The notes below the pieces were generated by a model that did not search any database, was not told where the DNA came from, and saw only the letters and a program-made list of their open reading frames with translations. From Candidatus Omnitrophota bacterium (lineage in GTDB: Bacteria > Omnitrophota > Gorgyraeia > Duberdicusellales > 4484-171), in the NCBI GenBank assembly GCA_003154195.1, contig PMCS01000029.1:208703-272702 (forward strand): a stretch of 64,000 bases of DNA, read 5' to 3'. Below, one piece after another: positions 1 to 10,822 of the stretch (positions are counted from its first letter, which is position 1; the number at the start of each line of letters is the position of its first letter). A program made the translations under genes and the position numbers.

Positions 1-27
1 TTTAAAGTCCCGCCGGTGATTGAGTAA
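1..27 (+). CDS. gatC: 3' end of Asp/Glu-tRNA amidotransferase subunit C (partial)
   Basis: Frame 1 reads FKVPPVIE*, a typical GatC C-terminus, directly upstream of gatA and gatB. Confidence 0.8.
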   Translation, partial: FKVPPVIE

Positions 28-185
28 AAAGAAAAAAGAAATACGTTAATTGGCTATCAGTTGCGTAACTCGAAACGTCAATCGTCTTGCGGGTATTGTC
101 AAAATGTCGATAAACGATAACCGATAACCGTAACGAGCCGCGCAACCGAATAACGAAAGACTATTTTTATCAAAATTATTAAACC

Positions 186-1610
186 ATGGAAGACCTGATT
201 GCATTAACCGGAACGCAAATAGCGGAGCAAATAAACAACGGCAAGTTGGACGAGGGTGAGGTTTTTTCTTTTTTTCGCGGCCGGGCTAAAAAATTAAACG
301 CTTCCCTGAACAGTTTTGTCGAGATTTACGAAGAACCGGTCGGCGCAGCCGATACTCGCGGCGTGCCGATCGCGATAAAGGATAATATCTGCATAAAAGG
401 GAAAAGAATTACCTGCGCTTCCAAGATTTTAAATAGCCACCGGGCGGTTTATGATGCCACCGTAATCAACCGCCTTAAACAAGCCGGTTTTAAAATTATC
501 GGTACGGCGAATATGGATGAATTTGCTTTTGGTTCGTCCACGGAAAATTCCTGTTACGGCGTAGTAAAAAACCCCTGGGATAATTCCCGGGTCAGCGGCG
601 GTTCTTCCGGCGGCTCGGCGGCGGCGGTAGCGGCGCGCCTGGTGCCGTTCGCTCTCGGTTCGGATACCGGGGGAAGCATCCGTCAGCCCGCGGCATTGTG
701 CGGGGTGGTTGGGTTCAAGCCTACCTACGGAAGAATTTCGCGTTACGGCCTCATCGCCTTTGCTTCCAGCCTCGACCAAATCGGGCCGGTTACTACTAAT
801 ATGGTTGATTGCGCCTGGCTGCTTAACGTTTTGTGCGGCTTCGACCAATACGATTCTACCTCTTCCCAGGCCGCCGTGCCGGATTTTAATAATTCTCTGG
901 TAGATGATGTTCGGGGATTGAATATCGGTTTACCTGCCGAATATTACGGCCAGGGCTTAAATCCCGAAGTCAAAAGCCGGCTAGATGAGACAAGGGCAGT
1001 TTTTGAGAAAAAAGGCGCTAAGTTTGTTGAGATAAATCTACCGCACACGGAATACGCGGTCGCGGTTTACTATATCGTCGCCTCCAGCGAAGCAAGCTCC
1101 AATTTACAGAGGTTTGACGGTATTCGTTACGGGTTGCGTGAAAAAGCTTCCGGTTTAAAAGATGTTTATTTTCGCAGCCGCGCCGCCGGTTTCGGCGCTG
1201 AAGCGAAGCGGCGCATCCTTTTGGGGACTTACAGTTTATCCAGCGGCTACTATGACGCCTATTATGTCCGGGCGTTAAAAGTTCGCCGTCTGATTAAGGA
1301 AGATTTTGATCAGGCGTTTAAAAATGTCGATATTATTTTAACGCCTACCTCGCCGACCCCGGCGTTTAAAATCGGCGAAAAAACTCTCGATCCGTTAAGC
1401 ATGTATTTATCCGATATCTACACAATTTCGGCAAATTTAGCCGGGCTGCCCGCGGTATCGATTCCTTGTGGGTTTACTAAAGAAAATTTACCCGTGGGGA
1501 TGCAGCTGATTGGGAAAGAATTTGATGAAGCTACACTGATAAGAGCCGGATATAGTTATCAGTGCGCGACGGAGTGGCATAAATACCTGCCGCCGATGAT
1601 CGCTGATTGA
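186..1610 (+). CDS. gatA: Asp/Glu-tRNA amidotransferase subunit A
   Basis: Amidase signature GGSSGGSAAAV, GSDTGGSIRQPA, IKDNI, RRILLGTY. Confidence 0.98.
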   Translation: MEDLIALTGTQIAEQINNGKLDEGEVFSFFRGRAKKLNASLNSFVEIYEEPVGAADTRGVPIAIKDNICIKGKRITCASKILNSHRAVYDATVINRLKQAGFKIIGTANMDEFAFGSSTENSCYGVVKNPWDNSRVSGGSSGGSAAAVAARLVPFALGSDTGGSIRQPAALCGVVGFKPTYGRISRYGLIAFASSLDQIGPVTTNMVDCAWLLNVLCGFDQYDSTSSQAAVPDFNNSLVDDVRGLNIGLPAEYYGQGLNPEVKSRLDETRAVFEKKGAKFVEINLPHTEYAVAVYYIVASSEASSNLQRFDGIRYGLREKASGLKDVYFRSRAAGFGAEAKRRILLGTYSLSSGYYDAYYVRALKVRRLIKEDFDQAFKNVDIILTPTSPTPAFKIGEKTLDPLSMYLSDIYTISANLAGLPAVSIPCGFTKENLPVGMQLIGKEFDEATLIRAGYSYQCATEWHKYLPPMIAD

Positions 1611-1693
1611 AAGATGCTGATGATCGCTGATGGGATAATGAAATTAAAATTCCAACTAATATTCTGATTGTATTATCAAATGAATAAAATTAT

Positions 1694-3118
1694 ATGAATT
1701 ATCAAACCGTTATCGGCTTAGAAGTCCACGTGCAGTTGAAGACAAAATCGAAGATATTTTGTTCCTGCCCGGCTGATTTTGATGCCCCGGCTAATACTAA
1801 CATCTGCCCGGTATGCTGCGGCTATCCGGGGGTGCTGCCGGTTTTCAACAAACAGGCGTTGAAACTGGGTATTCGGGTAGCGCTGGCGCTCAGTTGTAAA
1901 ATAAATGACAGCATCTATTTCGAGCGGAAGAATTATTTTTATCCCGATTTACCCAAGAACTATCAGATTTCCCAATATAAAATGCCGCTGGGCGAGAAGG
2001 GGTATCTCGAACTTCCCGGCGGGAAAAAAATAGGGATAACCAGAGTGCATTTAGAAGAAGACGCGGGAAAACTTATCCATAAGGATAATTATTCGCTGGT
2101 GGATTTAAACCGGACCGGCACGCCGCTGTTGGAGATTGTTTCCGAACCGGATATCGCCGATACCCAGGAAGCTTATGATTATTTGACATACTTGAAATTG
2201 ACATTACAATATATCGAAGCCAGCGACTGCGATATGGAAAAAGGTAGTTTACGCTGCGACGCCAATATTTCTTTAAAGCTTAAAGAAGCCGCCGAGCTCG
2301 GCACCAAGGTCGAGCTTAAAAATATGAATTCGTTTAAGGGCGTGCGCGACGGCCTCGAGTTTGAAGAGAAGCGCCAGGCGAATTGCCTGGAAACCGGTGA
2401 GAAAATTTTTCAGGAAACCCGGCTCTGGGACGCGGAAAAATCAAAGACTTATGTGATGCGTTCCAAAGAAGAAGCGCACGATTACCGTTATTTTCCCGAG
2501 CCGGATCTGCCGGATTTTAAGGTAGCGCGGGAATTGATCGAGGAAGAAAAGAAGCATCTCGGCGAACAACCTTTGGATAAATATCGCCGGTTTACCGCCG
2601 GTTATAAATTAAGCGGGAAAGACGCTGATGTGTTTGTCCAGGATTCCTGGCTGGGTAAATTTTTTGAAGAAGCGTGCGGCCATTTTAACCGTCCCGATAA
2701 AATAGCCGGATGGCTGCTGGGGCCGTTTCTGGAACATGTTAACGAACGCGGCCGGGAAAGCATCAAGATAACGCCGCAAAATTTCGCGAAAATCATCCAG
2801 CTTTTTTGCGAAGATAAACTTAATAACCTGGCGGCTAAAAAAGTCATTGCGCTGTGTATCAATACTAATGATAGTATAGAAGGGATAATCAATAAAGAAG
2901 GTCTGGCGCAAGTTTCCGATAGCGGCGGGCTTCGGGGGTTTGTTGACGCAGCGCTGGCGGAAAATCCTAAAGTGGTAGAAGAATATCTTGCCGGTAAAGA
3001 GCAGGCGATGATGTTTCTGGTCGGCCAGGTGATGAAAAAATCGAAAGGCAAAGCCAACCCTAAAGTGACGAGGGAAATGCTGGAAGGAAAAATCAAGAAT
3101 CTCAAAAGTGATAAATAA
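1694..3118 (+). CDS. gatB: Asp/Glu-tRNA amidotransferase subunit B
   Basis: VIGLEVHVQL, RKNYFYPDLPKNYQISQ, HLEEDAGK, DYRYFPEPDLP, C-terminal Yqey domain. Confidence 0.98.
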   Translation: MNYQTVIGLEVHVQLKTKSKIFCSCPADFDAPANTNICPVCCGYPGVLPVFNKQALKLGIRVALALSCKINDSIYFERKNYFYPDLPKNYQISQYKMPLGEKGYLELPGGKKIGITRVHLEEDAGKLIHKDNYSLVDLNRTGTPLLEIVSEPDIADTQEAYDYLTYLKLTLQYIEASDCDMEKGSLRCDANISLKLKEAAELGTKVELKNMNSFKGVRDGLEFEEKRQANCLETGEKIFQETRLWDAEKSKTYVMRSKEEAHDYRYFPEPDLPDFKVARELIEEEKKHLGEQPLDKYRRFTAGYKLSGKDADVFVQDSWLGKFFEEACGHFNRPDKIAGWLLGPFLEHVNERGRESIKITPQNFAKIIQLFCEDKLNNLAAKKVIALCINTNDSIEGIINKEGLAQVSDSGGLRGFVDAALAENPKVVEEYLAGKEQAMMFLVGQVMKKSKGKANPKVTREMLEGKIKNLKSDK

Positions 3119-3131
3119 AAAACCTAAAACT

Positions 3132-3235
3132 TACCACCAAGGCATGAAGACACAAAGAAAAGGCAGAGTTTTTTAATTCTTAGTGCCTTAGTGGTAAATC
3201 TTTTGGTTTTATTTTTTCGGTTCTTTGTGGTAAAA
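3132..3235. repeat. Inverted short-tandem-repeat arms (accaccaagg/cacaaag type)
   Basis: taccaccaaggcatgaagacacaaag ... cttagtgccttagtggta ... ctttgtggta; same type at 8248-8373 and 59244-59320. Confidence 0.65.
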
Positions 3236-3269
3236 ATTTTATGGTTTCAAAATAAGGAGATGAAAAAAG

Positions 3270-4568
3270 ATGAAAAATAAGATTACGGTAATAACGATTA
3301 TCGCGGCGATTATGGTGTCGGCTTACTGGGTAGGATTTTCTCTGGGCAAAGAGAGCGATAATGTTTATAAGGAACTCGATATTTTTGCCGAAGCCATGGC
3401 TTTGGTGGATCAAAAATACGCGGAAGTGAAAAAACCAAAAGAGCTGGTTTACGGCGCGATTTCCGGCCTGCTGAATTCCCTCGACGCTTACAGCCAGTTT
3501 CTCACCCCCGAAGAGCATAAAGAATTAATCACGGAAACCGAAGGAAAGTTCGGCGGCCTGGGCATTGAGATCACCATGAAAAATGGCTATGTGACGATTA
3601 TCTCTCCCCTGGAAGATACCCCGGCCTGGAAAGCGGGGCTGGAGCCGGAGGATATTATTATAAAAATAAGCGGCGAATCGACAAAAAATATTACCCTTAG
3701 CGCGGCAGTCAAGAAATTGCGCGGTGAACCGGGCACCAAAGTCGATTTAACTATCCTTAAGGCGAAACAAAGAAAACTGGAAGATATGTCGATCGTGCGC
3801 GGGCTGATCAAAATAAAGGATATAAAAAGAGCGTTGGTTCTGGAAAATAATATCGGATATGTGCGCATCGCCGAATTTAGAGAAAATACCGCCGGGGAAT
3901 TGGATAAAGCGTTGCATGATTTAAAAAAGTCCGGTTTAAAAGGTTTGATCATCGACGTGCGCAACAATCCCGGCGGATTACTTTATACTGCCATCGATGT
4001 TTCCAGCCGGTTCCTGGAAGACGGTAAAGAAATAGTTTCCACTCGGTCCCGGAGCGAACCCGAATCGATTTATAAGGCGGTGCCGGCCCCGGAAAAAGTT
4101 ACCGATATACCGCTGGTAGTTCTAATCAACAAAGGAAGCGCGTCGGGAAGCGAAATCCTAGCCGCAGCTTTGCGCGACAACAAGCGCGCGGTTCTTTTAG
4201 GCGAAACCAGCTTCGGCAAAGGGTCGGTGCAAACGATTGTGCCGCTTTCCGACGGTTCGGCGTTACGGTTGACCACGTCAAAATATTATACGCCCAATAA
4301 AATAAGTATTCATGAAAAAGGCATCGACCCCGATATCGCGGTTGCGGAAGAAACTGCCGATAAGGACAAGAAAGAAAAAACCGACGTCGTCGAAGAAGTG
4401 CAGAAAAAAATAGAGGAAATCGAGAAAAAAGAAGAAAAGAAAGACGAATTCAATTATAAAAAAGATATTCAGATAATGAGAGCGCTTGACCTTTTGAAAG
4501 GCTTGCTGGTTTTGTCTGATACCGGTAAAGAAAATAAAAAGGCATTGGCCGGTGAGCATAAAAAATAA
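3270..4568 (+). CDS. ctpA: S41 family C-terminal processing protease (PDZ)
   Basis: N-terminal anchor, FGGLGIEI PDZ motif, DVRNNPGG, SASGSEI, GETSFGKGSVQ. Confidence 0.93.
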   Translation: MKNKITVITIIAAIMVSAYWVGFSLGKESDNVYKELDIFAEAMALVDQKYAEVKKPKELVYGAISGLLNSLDAYSQFLTPEEHKELITETEGKFGGLGIEITMKNGYVTIISPLEDTPAWKAGLEPEDIIIKISGESTKNITLSAAVKKLRGEPGTKVDLTILKAKQRKLEDMSIVRGLIKIKDIKRALVLENNIGYVRIAEFRENTAGELDKALHDLKKSGLKGLIIDVRNNPGGLLYTAIDVSSRFLEDGKEIVSTRSRSEPESIYKAVPAPEKVTDIPLVVLINKGSASGSEILAAALRDNKRAVLLGETSFGKGSVQTIVPLSDGSALRLTTSKYYTPNKISIHEKGIDPDIAVAEETADKDKKEKTDVVEEVQKKIEEIEKKEEKKDEFNYKKDIQIMRALDLLKGLLVLSDTGKENKKALAGEHKK

Positions 4569-5560
4569 TGTTTACCATCGGTATCGAAACATCCTGCGAC
4601 GAAACCAGCTGCGCCGTTTTAAAAAACGATAAAGTCCTTTCTAATGTAACCCTATCGTCGCTAAGGCAGCATAAAAAGTACGGCGGCGTAATCCCCGAAA
4701 TCGCCACCCGGGCCCACCTTAAAAATATCGATAAAGTATTTACTGTTTCTTTAAAAGAAGCGGGGATAATCCTACACGATATAGATTTAATCGCCGTGAC
4801 CAATAAACCCGGGTTGATGGGCGCGTTGGTGATTGGTTTAAATTTTGCCAAGGCGCTGGCCGTTTCTTTAAACAAGCCGTTAATCGGGATCAACCATCTT
4901 CATGCCCACATCTTCGCGCCGTTTTTAAACAACGCCCGCCGGATAAAATTTCCCTTTATCGGTTTGATTGTTTCCGGCGGCCATAGCGAAATTTATTTAG
5001 TAAACGATTTTGATAAAATGAGATTGGTCGGCGCGACGCGCGACGATGCCTGCGGCGAGGTTTATGACAAAATCGCCCGCTTTTTGGGATTAGGCTATCC
5101 GGGGGGCCCGGTGATCGATAAACTTTTCGAGGAAAAATATAAAGACGCTTTTAAATTTAAATGCGGCAGGGTCGGTTTTGACTTAAGTTTTAGCGGGATC
5201 AAAACCGCGGTGATTTATAAAAAAGAAGAAATCGCTAAAAAAGAAAAAATAACCCCGGATATTATAAAACGTCTGATATCGTCCTTTCAGGCATCGGCAA
5301 TGAATACAATTACCCGTACCGTTGTGGAGGCTGCCGAAGAATATAAGGTTAAGAGAATCGTTTGCGGCGGTGGGGTAATCGCTAATAGATATTTACGCCG
5401 GAAACTATGTGAACAAGAAAGTGCCGGTTTTAAGATTATTCTCCCTTCTTTTGAGTACACTACCGATAATGCGGCAATGGTTGCGGGATTGGGGTTTTAC
5501 CTGTATAATAAAAAAGGCATCCAGCATGATATCGGGAAACTGGAGGCAGAGCCAAATTGA
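4568..5560 (+). CDS. tsaD: tRNA N6-adenosine threonylcarbamoyltransferase
   Basis: GIETSCDET, GGVIPEIATRAH, HLHAH, SGGH, DDACGEVYDK, TDNAAMV. Confidence 0.97.
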   Translation: MFTIGIETSCDETSCAVLKNDKVLSNVTLSSLRQHKKYGGVIPEIATRAHLKNIDKVFTVSLKEAGIILHDIDLIAVTNKPGLMGALVIGLNFAKALAVSLNKPLIGINHLHAHIFAPFLNNARRIKFPFIGLIVSGGHSEIYLVNDFDKMRLVGATRDDACGEVYDKIARFLGLGYPGGPVIDKLFEEKYKDAFKFKCGRVGFDLSFSGIKTAVIYKKEEIAKKEKITPDIIKRLISSFQASAMNTITRTVVEAAEEYKVKRIVCGGGVIANRYLRRKLCEQESAGFKIILPSFEYTTDNAAMVAGLGFYLYNKKGIQHDIGKLEAEPN

Positions 5561-5661
5561 GACAACCTAAAAACCAAGGAACCAAAAAACGGATAAACTA
5601 AGAAATTCTTAAGTTTTAGGTTTTTCAGTTTTTTGGTTTTTTGGTGCGAGCGAAGCGAGCA

Positions 5662-6099
5662 ATGACTGACTTTACCACAACTCTTATTCGTATTTTATTA
5701 GCGTTTTTTTTAGGCGGAGCGATCGGCCTGGAACGTGAGAAAAAAGGCCACATCGCGGGCTTGCGCACGCATATTCTGGTGTGCCTCGGTTCCTGCCTGA
5801 TTATGCTTACCTCGATATACGTTTACGAGATTTATCAGGGTAAAGCCGGCGTTGACCCTTCGCGTATCGCCGCCGGCGTGGTTACCGGCATTGGATTCTT
5901 AGGCGCCGGCACGATTATCAGAAGCGCCAGAGGCTCGGAAGGCATCAAAGGGTTAACCACCGCGGCAAGCATCTGGGTAAGTTCCGCCATCGGCTTAGCC
6001 GTAGGCTGTGGTTATCTGAGCGGTGCGGTTGCAACCACCGTGGTAACTTTTTTAACGCTTTCTTTTTTGAAAACTATCGAGAACAAACTTCAGAAGTGA
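5662..6099 (+). CDS. MgtC/SapB family membrane protein
   Basis: IGLERE, AGLRTH, DPSRIAAGVVTGIGFLGAG, GLTTAASIW; ATG at 5662 chosen over the upstream TTG. Confidence 0.93.
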   Translation: MTDFTTTLIRILLAFFLGGAIGLEREKKGHIAGLRTHILVCLGSCLIMLTSIYVYEIYQGKAGVDPSRIAAGVVTGIGFLGAGTIIRSARGSEGIKGLTTAASIWVSSAIGLAVGCGYLSGAVATTVVTFLTLSFLKTIENKLQK

Positions 6100-6106
6100 T
6101 AAAAAC

Positions 6107-6412
6107 ATGAAAGACAAAACTATTACTTTAAGACAGGCTTCGGAAATATTAGGCATACCGGAAAAAGAAATCATCAATCTTGCCGCCGGGGATAACATCC
6201 CCCATACAAAAATGGAAGGGGGATTTTTAAGGTTCCACCGGGAAGATATCCTCGGCGTTAAAGGGGAGATCGCGAAAAAATATAATCTTAGTTCGGAGGC
6301 AAGCGGTAAAAAAGAAAAAATAAAAAATTTTCTGTTTTTCAATGATTTTTATATTATTGGCTGGGCCGTTATTATAATTTTATTTTTTATAATTTTTAAT
6401 GAAAAAAAATAA
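6107..6412 (+). CDS. Excisionase-like helix-turn-helix protein with C-terminal TM helix
   Basis: TLRQASEILGI...IP...GGFLRF pattern (HTH_17-like) and a hydrophobic C-terminus. Confidence 0.7.
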   Translation: MKDKTITLRQASEILGIPEKEIINLAAGDNIPHTKMEGGFLRFHREDILGVKGEIAKKYNLSSEASGKKEKIKNFLFFNDFYIIGWAVIIILFFIIFNEKK

Positions 6413-7067
6413 TAGAGGGTTTGTCGACCTCGGTTTTGCCAAACTTGATATTCAACGAAAAGCCCGCCGGGGATTTCCGGAAATCATCTACGCCCGCGGT
6501 AAATCCACCGGCCATTTAACCAAAATCGTCGAAGAATTTCGCAAGCATACCCCTTTTCTTCTCATTTCTAAACTGGAAGCAGGCATTTACGAAACATTAA
6601 AAAAATATTTTTCCCGTCTTGAATATTTTCCCCAGGCAAAAATAGGATTTTTAGGCCGTCCCTCAAAAAAGAAAAAAGGGCGCTGTGTTATTGTTACTGC
6701 CGGAACAAGCGATATTCCTATCGCCCAGGAAGCGGCCATATTTCTAGAATTAACCGGCAACCAGGTAGAGACGATTTACGATGTAGGCGCGGCCGGGGCC
6801 CATCGCCTTAAACCTTTCCTGGGAAAATTAAAAAAGGCGAAAGTGATTATTGTCGTGGCCGGTATGGAAGCGGCGCTTTTAAGCCTGGTCAGCGGCATGA
6901 CTAAAGCGCCGCTGATCGGCGTGCCGACCAGCGCCGGTTACGGCGCTTCCTTTAAGGGGTTGTCGGCGCTTCTGGGGATGATTAATTCCTGTTCCCTGGG
7001 CAGCGTCGTGGTCAATATCGATAACGGTCTGGGCGCCGGTTATTTCGCAAATTTGATTAATAAATAA
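6399..7067 (+). CDS. larB: Nickel-pincer cofactor biosynthesis protein LarB
   Basis: RRGFPEIIYARGK, TAGTSDIPIAQEA, VVAGMEAAL, VPTSAGYG, VVNIDNGLGA. Confidence 0.92.
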   Translation: MKKNNRGFVDLGFAKLDIQRKARRGFPEIIYARGKSTGHLTKIVEEFRKHTPFLLISKLEAGIYETLKKYFSRLEYFPQAKIGFLGRPSKKKKGRCVIVTAGTSDIPIAQEAAIFLELTGNQVETIYDVGAAGAHRLKPFLGKLKKAKVIIVVAGMEAALLSLVSGMTKAPLIGVPTSAGYGASFKGLSALLGMINSCSLGSVVVNIDNGLGAGYFANLINK

Positions 7068-7148
7068 TAGTACCGAGGCCTGTTGTTCGAAGATATATAT
7101 TTTAACCGGCTCAACTGGCAAAACAGGCTAAACGGGCTAAACTGGATT

Positions 7149-8216
7149 ATGAACAGCATTTATTTCCACTTAATCGGCGGCGCGGCCGGGGATATGCTTT
7201 TGGTGTCATTGCTTGAGCTGGGCTGTCCCCTTGTCTATTTAAAGAAAGAACTAAAAAAACTTAATATTGGCTGCGATCTTTCTTTAAAAATTGACGAGGC
7301 CACGCCTTGCCATGTCCCCAGGAAGAAACTAATTTTTAAAGGTAAAAACTTTTCCCGGCATCAAGAAATAGTAAGAGTAATCAAAAACTCCGGGCTTGAC
7401 GGGGATATTAAAACCAAAGCCCGGGAAGTTTACGGCGTAATCGCCACAGCGGAAGAAAAAATCCACAGGACTAAAAATATTCATTACCACCATCTCGGCG
7501 AGGTTGACGCGGTCGCGGAAATCTGCGGTTTTTTCATCGCCTTAAAATATCTGGCTGTGGAGCAGGTTTATGTTTCGGTATTTCCTTTGAGCAAACCCGC
7601 TCCGGCTGTCCTGGAATTATTGCGCGGCAAAAAAATCGGCATCCGGGAAGCCGGTTACGAAAGCGTTACCCCCACTGCCGCGGCTTTGCTTAAGGAGGCG
7701 ATACAGGCTGATTTACCTTTTGCTTTTAAAAAAAGCGGTTTGGCGTTTGGCGCCGGCGGCTCGGGCGATTATCTGGCCGCTTATCTTATCGACGAAACCC
7801 CGGAAAATGATACAATCATAAAGGTTGAGGTTAACATCGACGATATGAACCCTCAGCTTTTTGAAAATTGTTTTGAAAAGCTTTTCGCCGCCGGCGCCAA
7901 AGACGTTTACCTGGAAAATATCCTGATGAAGAAATCGCGGCCGGCGTTTGTCCTGAACGTCTTGTGCGCAAAAAATAATTTTCCGGAAATACGGAAAAGT
8001 ATTTTTTCTCACACTTCAACCTTCGGAATACGTTATTTGGAGTATAAGCGCGATAAATTGCCTTATGAGTTTGTAGAAAAGAATACTAAATTCGGCAAAA
8101 TAAAATTTCGCGTCGCGCGAGGAAGGATAAAAAAAGAAACACCGGAGTATAGCGATTGTCTTTCCGCCGCCACAAAATTAAACATACCGCTGATCGATAT
8201 CTATCGGGCGCTGTGA
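7149..8216 (+). CDS. larC: Nickel insertion protein LarC (compact form)
   Basis: GAAGDML, HYHHLGEVDAV, VTPTAAALL, EVNIDDMNPQ, MKKSRP, TSTFGIR, PEYSDC; ATG at 7149. Confidence 0.88.
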   Translation: MNSIYFHLIGGAAGDMLLVSLLELGCPLVYLKKELKKLNIGCDLSLKIDEATPCHVPRKKLIFKGKNFSRHQEIVRVIKNSGLDGDIKTKAREVYGVIATAEEKIHRTKNIHYHHLGEVDAVAEICGFFIALKYLAVEQVYVSVFPLSKPAPAVLELLRGKKIGIREAGYESVTPTAAALLKEAIQADLPFAFKKSGLAFGAGGSGDYLAAYLIDETPENDTIIKVEVNIDDMNPQLFENCFEKLFAAGAKDVYLENILMKKSRPAFVLNVLCAKNNFPEIRKSIFSHTSTFGIRYLEYKRDKLPYEFVEKNTKFGKIKFRVARGRIKKETPEYSDCLSAATKLNIPLIDIYRAL

Positions 8217-8404
8217 GTAATAAAATATTAATGAAAACCTAAAGATTTACCACTAAGGCACAAAGTTCACAAAGAAAAAACCAAGATTAAGGTTTTATTT
8301 TTTTGATTTTACCCAAGACGAGATATATTTTTTTCTTTGTGACGCTTAGTGCCCTTAGTGTCTTGGTGGTAAATTTTTATGGTTTTGTTATTGAGGGAGA
8401 AAAG

Positions 8405-10102
8405 ATGACAACTGGTTGGCTATCGGGGAAAAAAGTTATCCCGGGATTTTTGTTGGGAATAGGCATGATTATTATCGTAAATATCGCCTCTTACTATACC
8501 AATAGCGTATTTGTCCAATCTTCTAAAATGGTAGAGCGGGCGCATATAATTGTTAATAAATTTAATAATATACTAACCGACGTTGAAGATGCCGAGAGCG
8601 CCCAGCGAGGGTACATCATCACAGGTGATAAAAACTATCTAACGATTTTTAACAACGAACTTCTTAGTATTTTCCGCAACGATAGGCAATTGCGGGAATT
8701 GATTGTCGATAACAAGCAAATTGAAAAATTTATCATTTTAGAACATACAATAAGACAGGAAATCGATAGCCTTAAGGAATCAATACATTTACGCCAGGCA
8801 AAAGGATTTAATCAGGCCGCGCAGGGCATACGCGATGAATCCCGAAGAAAAATTTCCGAAGCCACTCACTATACGATAGGAGAGTTAATCGCACAAGAAG
8901 AAATTTTATTAGAAAACCGGTCGCGGGAAGCCAAGCCGCGCGGCATGATCGCTACTATTGCCGGCAGCATCGGTAGCGCGCTTGCCCTTATCCTTATCGG
9001 CATAGCTGTTTTCACACTAAGGCACCAATTGAGAGAACGCGCGCGCGCCCAGGAAAAGTCCCAGCAAATCGCCAAAGAATGGGAAACCACGTTTAATTCT
9101 ATAAAGGATATGATCTCGATCCAGGATAACAATTTTAAGTTTATTCGAGTCAACAAGGCCTACGCGAATTTTCTAAAAATGGATGAAGAGGAACTTATCG
9201 GCAGAAAATGCTATGAAGTATTTCATGCCACCGCCGCTCCCTGCCAGAACTGCGCGCAGGTAAAAGCGATCCAATCAAAACAGCCCTGCGCCATAGAATC
9301 TTTTGAGCCGCGTTTTAAACTTTACATAGAAACAACGGTTTCGCCTATTTTAAATGACCGGGGTGAAATTACGAGCAACATCCATATTATAAAAGATATT
9401 ACGGAGCGAAAAGAACTCGATAAACTAAAAGATGAATTTGTCAGTACCGTTTCTCATGAGATGCGTACGCCGCTTACTACGATAAGGGAGTCGGTATCGC
9501 AAGTCTTAGACGGTATCCTTGGCCCCATCACGGATGAACAAAAAGAATTTTTGACGATTTGCCTCAATGATTCCAACCGGCTTAAGCGCATCATCGACGA
9601 TTTGCTTGATATATCCCGCCTGGAAGCGGGAAGCTTTAAGATAAGAAAAGATAAATGCGACATCGTCGATATTGTCAAAAGCGTGAGCTCTTCTTTTTAT
9701 CCTAAAGTTAGCGCGCGCGGCCTGGAAATTAAAACATTTTTTTCCCATGAGAAAATAGAGATTGTTGCGGATAAAGATAGAATCGGCCAGATTTTAATGA
9801 ATTTAATCGGTAACGCGGTAAAATTTACTTCCGCGGGCAGTATTACCATTTCGGTTACGCAAAAAAACGATATTATCGAGTGTTCCGTTGCGGATACCGG
9901 AGTGGGCATTGGCAAAGATGATTTGCCCAAAGTTTTTACTAAATTCCAGCAGTTCGGCAGAATCGCCGGCCCGGGCGAAAAAGGCACGGGCTTGGGTCTT
10001 TCTATCGCTAAAGGGTTGGTGGAGCGCCACGGCGGGAAAATATGGGTAGAGAGCAAGCCGGGTGAAGGGACGAAATTTACATTCCAATTGCCGAGAGAAT
10101 GA
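8405..10102 (+). CDS. Sensor histidine kinase (CHASE3-PAS-HisKA-HATPase)
   Basis: DAESAQRGYIITGD (CHASE3), PAS, SHEMRTPL H-box, NAVKFT, DTGVGI, GTGLGL; ATG 8405 after GAGGGAG. Confidence 0.93.
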   Translation: MTTGWLSGKKVIPGFLLGIGMIIIVNIASYYTNSVFVQSSKMVERAHIIVNKFNNILTDVEDAESAQRGYIITGDKNYLTIFNNELLSIFRNDRQLRELIVDNKQIEKFIILEHTIRQEIDSLKESIHLRQAKGFNQAAQGIRDESRRKISEATHYTIGELIAQEEILLENRSREAKPRGMIATIAGSIGSALALILIGIAVFTLRHQLRERARAQEKSQQIAKEWETTFNSIKDMISIQDNNFKFIRVNKAYANFLKMDEEELIGRKCYEVFHATAAPCQNCAQVKAIQSKQPCAIESFEPRFKLYIETTVSPILNDRGEITSNIHIIKDITERKELDKLKDEFVSTVSHEMRTPLTTIRESVSQVLDGILGPITDEQKEFLTICLNDSNRLKRIIDDLLDISRLEAGSFKIRKDKCDIVDIVKSVSSSFYPKVSARGLEIKTFFSHEKIEIVADKDRIGQILMNLIGNAVKFTSAGSITISVTQKNDIIECSVADTGVGIGKDDLPKVFTKFQQFGRIAGPGEKGTGLGLSIAKGLVERHGGKIWVESKPGEGTKFTFQLPRE

Positions 10103-10356
10103 ATTATTTTCTGCTAAACTTGTAAAGAGTGTAAGAATAATTAAGGAAATTGAAAGATAAGAATTACACATGTAGGGCTTGTAGGAAATGTAGCGAAACA
10201 ATGCAAAATAATTTCTACATGTCCTAAATGCTCTACATGTAAAAATATCCTTATTTTTTTTGCGTGATGTATTGTTTTTATTAATAAACTTAGAAATACT
10301 TTTTAGGATATTAAAAACCGATATGGTGATATGTTGTATTGCAAAAGGGGGTGGAT

Positions 10357-10725
10357 ATGGCCAAAAGAATACTGGTAGTCGACGATGAAGAAAATGTCGT
10401 AAGAATGGTAAAATCACGGTTGGAATCAGGCGGATATGAAGTTATAACCGCGAGCGACGGTGAAGAGGGGTTGATTAAAGCCAGGGCGAATAAACCGGAT
10501 TTGGCGATCCTTGATATCTTAATGCCTAAGCTGGACGGCGGGAAAATGGCCGAAACGATGAAACTGAATGATGATTTGAAAAATATCCCGATAATATTTT
10601 TAACCTGTTTGGTGGAAGGGAAGGAAGTCCAGAATCGGCATATGATCGGCGGCAATCTCTTTTTAGCCAAGCCGTTTGATGGGAAAGAATTACTGGCAAT
10701 GGTGGGTAAAGTACTCGGGAAATAA
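10357..10725 (+). CDS. Single-domain response regulator
   Basis: ILVVDD, LDILMP, FLT, KPF receiver motifs. Confidence 0.92.
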   Translation: MAKRILVVDDEENVVRMVKSRLESGGYEVITASDGEEGLIKARANKPDLAILDILMPKLDGGKMAETMKLNDDLKNIPIIFLTCLVEGKEVQNRHMIGGNLFLAKPFDGKELLAMVGKVLGK

Positions 10726-10822
10726 ACTGGGATAACAAATTTAAAAATTAACCTATATGCTTCCGGGCATCTATATACCGATAAAATCTCTTGCGACATT
10801 TTATCGGAATGCCTCGGAAGTC

